Origin: Candidatus Scatosoma sp.
GTDB taxonomy: Bacteria > Bacillota > Clostridia > Christensenellales > Borkfalkiaceae
Reading direction: 5' to 3'
DNA: 27,213 nt
Assembly (NCBI GenBank): GCA_045594165.1
Contig: JAZNXZ010000026.1
Span: 1-27,213, forward strand
Shown: positions 25,646 through 27,213 of the stretch, one piece after another
Layout of the letters: each line of letters starts with the position of its first letter
Numbering within the stretch: the stretch's first letter is position 1
Made by a program: the position numbers and the translations under genes
The notes under the pieces: model-generated
Databases searched by the model: none
What the model saw: the letters and a program-made list of their open reading frames with translations, nothing else
Told to the model about the DNA's origin: nothing

Positions 25646-25855
25646 ATGAAAAATCAATTTTCGGAACAATTAAATAGCTTGAGGATTGAAAACAACCTTT
25701 CCCGTATTCAGCTCGCGGAAAAACTGAACGTTTCCGTACGACTGATTTCGTATTGGGAAAACGGACAGCGAGAATGCGATTTTAATATGCTTATAAAAAT
25801 TGCCGACCTCTTCTCTGTCAGCGTTGATTATTTGCTGGGAAGAAAAGAATATTAA
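25646..25855 (+). CDS. XRE/Cro-CI family helix-turn-helix regulator, 69 aa
   Basis: LRIENNLSRIQLAEKLNVSVRLISYWENGQRECDFNMLIKIADLFSVSVDYLLGR is a typical HTH_3 pattern. Confidence 0.92.
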   Translation: MKNQFSEQLNSLRIENNLSRIQLAEKLNVSVRLISYWENGQRECDFNMLIKIADLFSVSVDYLLGRKEY

Positions 25856-25859
25856 AGCA

Positions 25860-26016
25860 CCCGTGGGGACTTTCGTTACACTCAAAAAACGCAAAGCTTT
25901 CCCATAAGGAGTAAAGCGACGGAAAAGCGAGCCCCTCGCGCGAACCCTATGGGTTCGCTTTTACCCGTAACGGGCACAGCAAAAAAGCACAGGACAATTC
26001 CTGCGCTTTTTTGCTG
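25860..26016. repeat. Hairpin-rich dispersed repeat, copy A
   Basis: CCCGTGGGGACTTTCGTTACACTCAAA...GCGAACCC-TAT-GGGTTCGC...CGGGCACAGCAAAAAAGCACAGG-N6-CCTGCGCTTTTTTGCTG; aligns by eye with 27094-27213. Confidence 0.75.
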
Positions 26017-26045
26017 GTGAGCCTTAACCAACCTAAATCGAATAT

Positions 26046-26819
26046 TTATAGGTAGAACACGTCTTTATCATTACAAAAATATACATTTTGAAAAATGGTC
26101 TTACAACGTTGCAAAACGCCGTCGAAATCATTTAGAATTTTTCTTCCGTGATGCAAAAAATACAACGTTTTCACCGAATATTGCTTTTCAACGATATAGT
26201 TGCAAATATCTTCCGCGGTATGATGCCCCGTTTCGATAAAGAGCGCGTCGCAGCCTTCTTTTAAGAAATCCGATAAATCGTCAACCGATTGAATATCACC
26301 CGAATAAACAATCTTTTTATTTTCTGCCGTGATACGAAAAGAAAAAGATTGCCAGCCGTCGTTCGTTTTTTCTAAATGACGATTATGTTTTGCCTCCACT
26401 TCAATAGTTTCGTTTTTGAGTAAAACCGAATCGGTAATTTTATGAAAAAGCGTATGATACTCGGTTTTATAATTTCCTTCCGTGTGTTTGAGAACGGAAA
26501 GAGTGCCGTTAAACGTTTCTTCGTTGGGTAAATATACCGTAACGTCGCCAAAATAAGGCAGCGTATTGCTTTGCGTGGACAGTTTCCGTATATTCCACAG
26601 CAAATTTCCCAATCCACCAACGTGATCCATGTGCGGATGAGAAATAAAAATATCGGATACCGCAAGCAAATCGATCCCCATTAAATATGCGGTATAAGAG
26701 CAATTGTCGCCTGCGTCAAACCAATACACCCGACTGTTTATGGTTATTGAAAACGCAGTATGGTGTCTACCTTCAAACGGCAATGTCCCCGAACAGCTTC
26801 CAAAAATCGATATTTTCAT
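26046..26819 (-). CDS. MBL-fold metallo-hydrolase (RNase Z/BN-like)
   Basis: IFGSCSG, WFDAG, ISHPHMDHVGG (HxHxDH), YSGD, later His motifs. ATG 26819 is preceded by AGGGA. Confidence 0.85.
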   Translation of the reverse strand: MKISIFGSCSGTLPFEGRHHTAFSITINSRVYWFDAGDNCSYTAYLMGIDLLAVSDIFISHPHMDHVGGLGNLLWNIRKLSTQSNTLPYFGDVTVYLPNEETFNGTLSVLKHTEGNYKTEYHTLFHKITDSVLLKNETIEVEAKHNRHLEKTNDGWQSFSFRITAENKKIVYSGDIQSVDDLSDFLKEGCDALFIETGHHTAEDICNYIVEKQYSVKTLYFLHHGRKILNDFDGVLQRCKTIFQNVYFCNDKDVFYL

Positions 26820-26858
26820 AAACAATTCCCTTTTTTTGTATCTATCTTATTTTTGTTT

Positions 26859-26887
26859 ATTATAACATAGAGATATTGAAAATGCAA
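26859..26887 (-). promoter_or_regulatory. Sigma-A promoter of the MBL hydrolase gene
   Basis: TTGCAT-17 bp-TATAAT with extended -10 TG. Confidence 0.7.
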
Positions 26888-26948
26888 GTGAAAATGTTTT
26901 TTATCGATTGACCTTTTCTAAAAATGGCACTATGGCGTGCGCTTGAAT

Positions 26949-27213
26949 TGTACGGGTAAAAATTGAAAAAAGTGATCCGTACGGGTATCTCCGATACTCC
27001 GCAAGCGGAGACGTCTCGGAGAGCGTCGGCGATAAATCGCCTCGCGCGAACCGTAGAACCAAGTCAATTCGTACGGGCGTAAGCAAAAAGATGACCCGTA
27101 CGGGGGCTTTCGCTTACGCTCAAAGAAAATCAAAGATTTTCCGAACCGTGGGTTCGCCCCAAATCGTACGGGCGACAGCAAAAACGCACACCATTGAAGG
27201 TGTGCGTTTTTGC
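26949..27213. repeat. Hairpin-rich dispersed repeat, copy B (extended)
   Basis: Five GTACGGG motifs and short hairpins CTCCGC-AA-GCGGAG, GGCGAT-AA-ATCGCC, CGAACC-GTG-GGTTCG. Terminal 15-bp inverted repeat GCAAAAACGCACACC-N6-GGTGTGCGTTTTTGC. Confidence 0.75.

Noticed and set aside
26901-27181. 61-aa and 83-aa minus-strand ORFs
   Set aside because: They lie wholly within the palindromic repeat, with no RBS or recognisable motif.
26949-27213. CRISPR array
   Set aside because: The repeated motif is only 7-20 nt, irregularly spaced, with no unique spacers of constant length and no cas genes.
24834-27213. Intact prophage, ICE or integron
   Set aside because: No integrase, transposase, structural or conjugation genes, and no canonical attC RYYYAAC/GTTRRRY ends identified.

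Overview
Chromosomal segment of a Bacillota (Clostridia-like, probably gut or rumen) bacterium; the lineage is inferred from protein families and sigma-A promoters. Almost all genes are on the minus strand. Left: a de novo purine operon, purE-purF-purM-purN-purD-purL (purL runs off the window), with a ~290-nt leader holding a terminator hairpin. Its PurF lacks the catalytic N-terminal Cys. Next come a stand-alone Amidase_6-like gene and a three-gene operon (ADP-ribosylglycohydrolase-family protein, TIM-barrel sugar isomerase/lyase, Gfo/Idh/MocA oxidoreductase). A 13-kb gene encodes a ~4347-aa secreted modular protein with a DUF4838-like domain, seven beta-helix-like modules and recently duplicated beta-sandwich modules. 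It is preceded by a 36-aa small ORF absent from the ORF track, and by an AraC regulator. The AT-richer right end holds a SHOCT membrane protein, a divergent XRE regulator with two palindromic operators, and an RNase Z-like MBL hydrolase, interspersed with related hairpin-rich repeats. No rRNA, intact tRNA, CRISPR array, integrase or transposase was seen.
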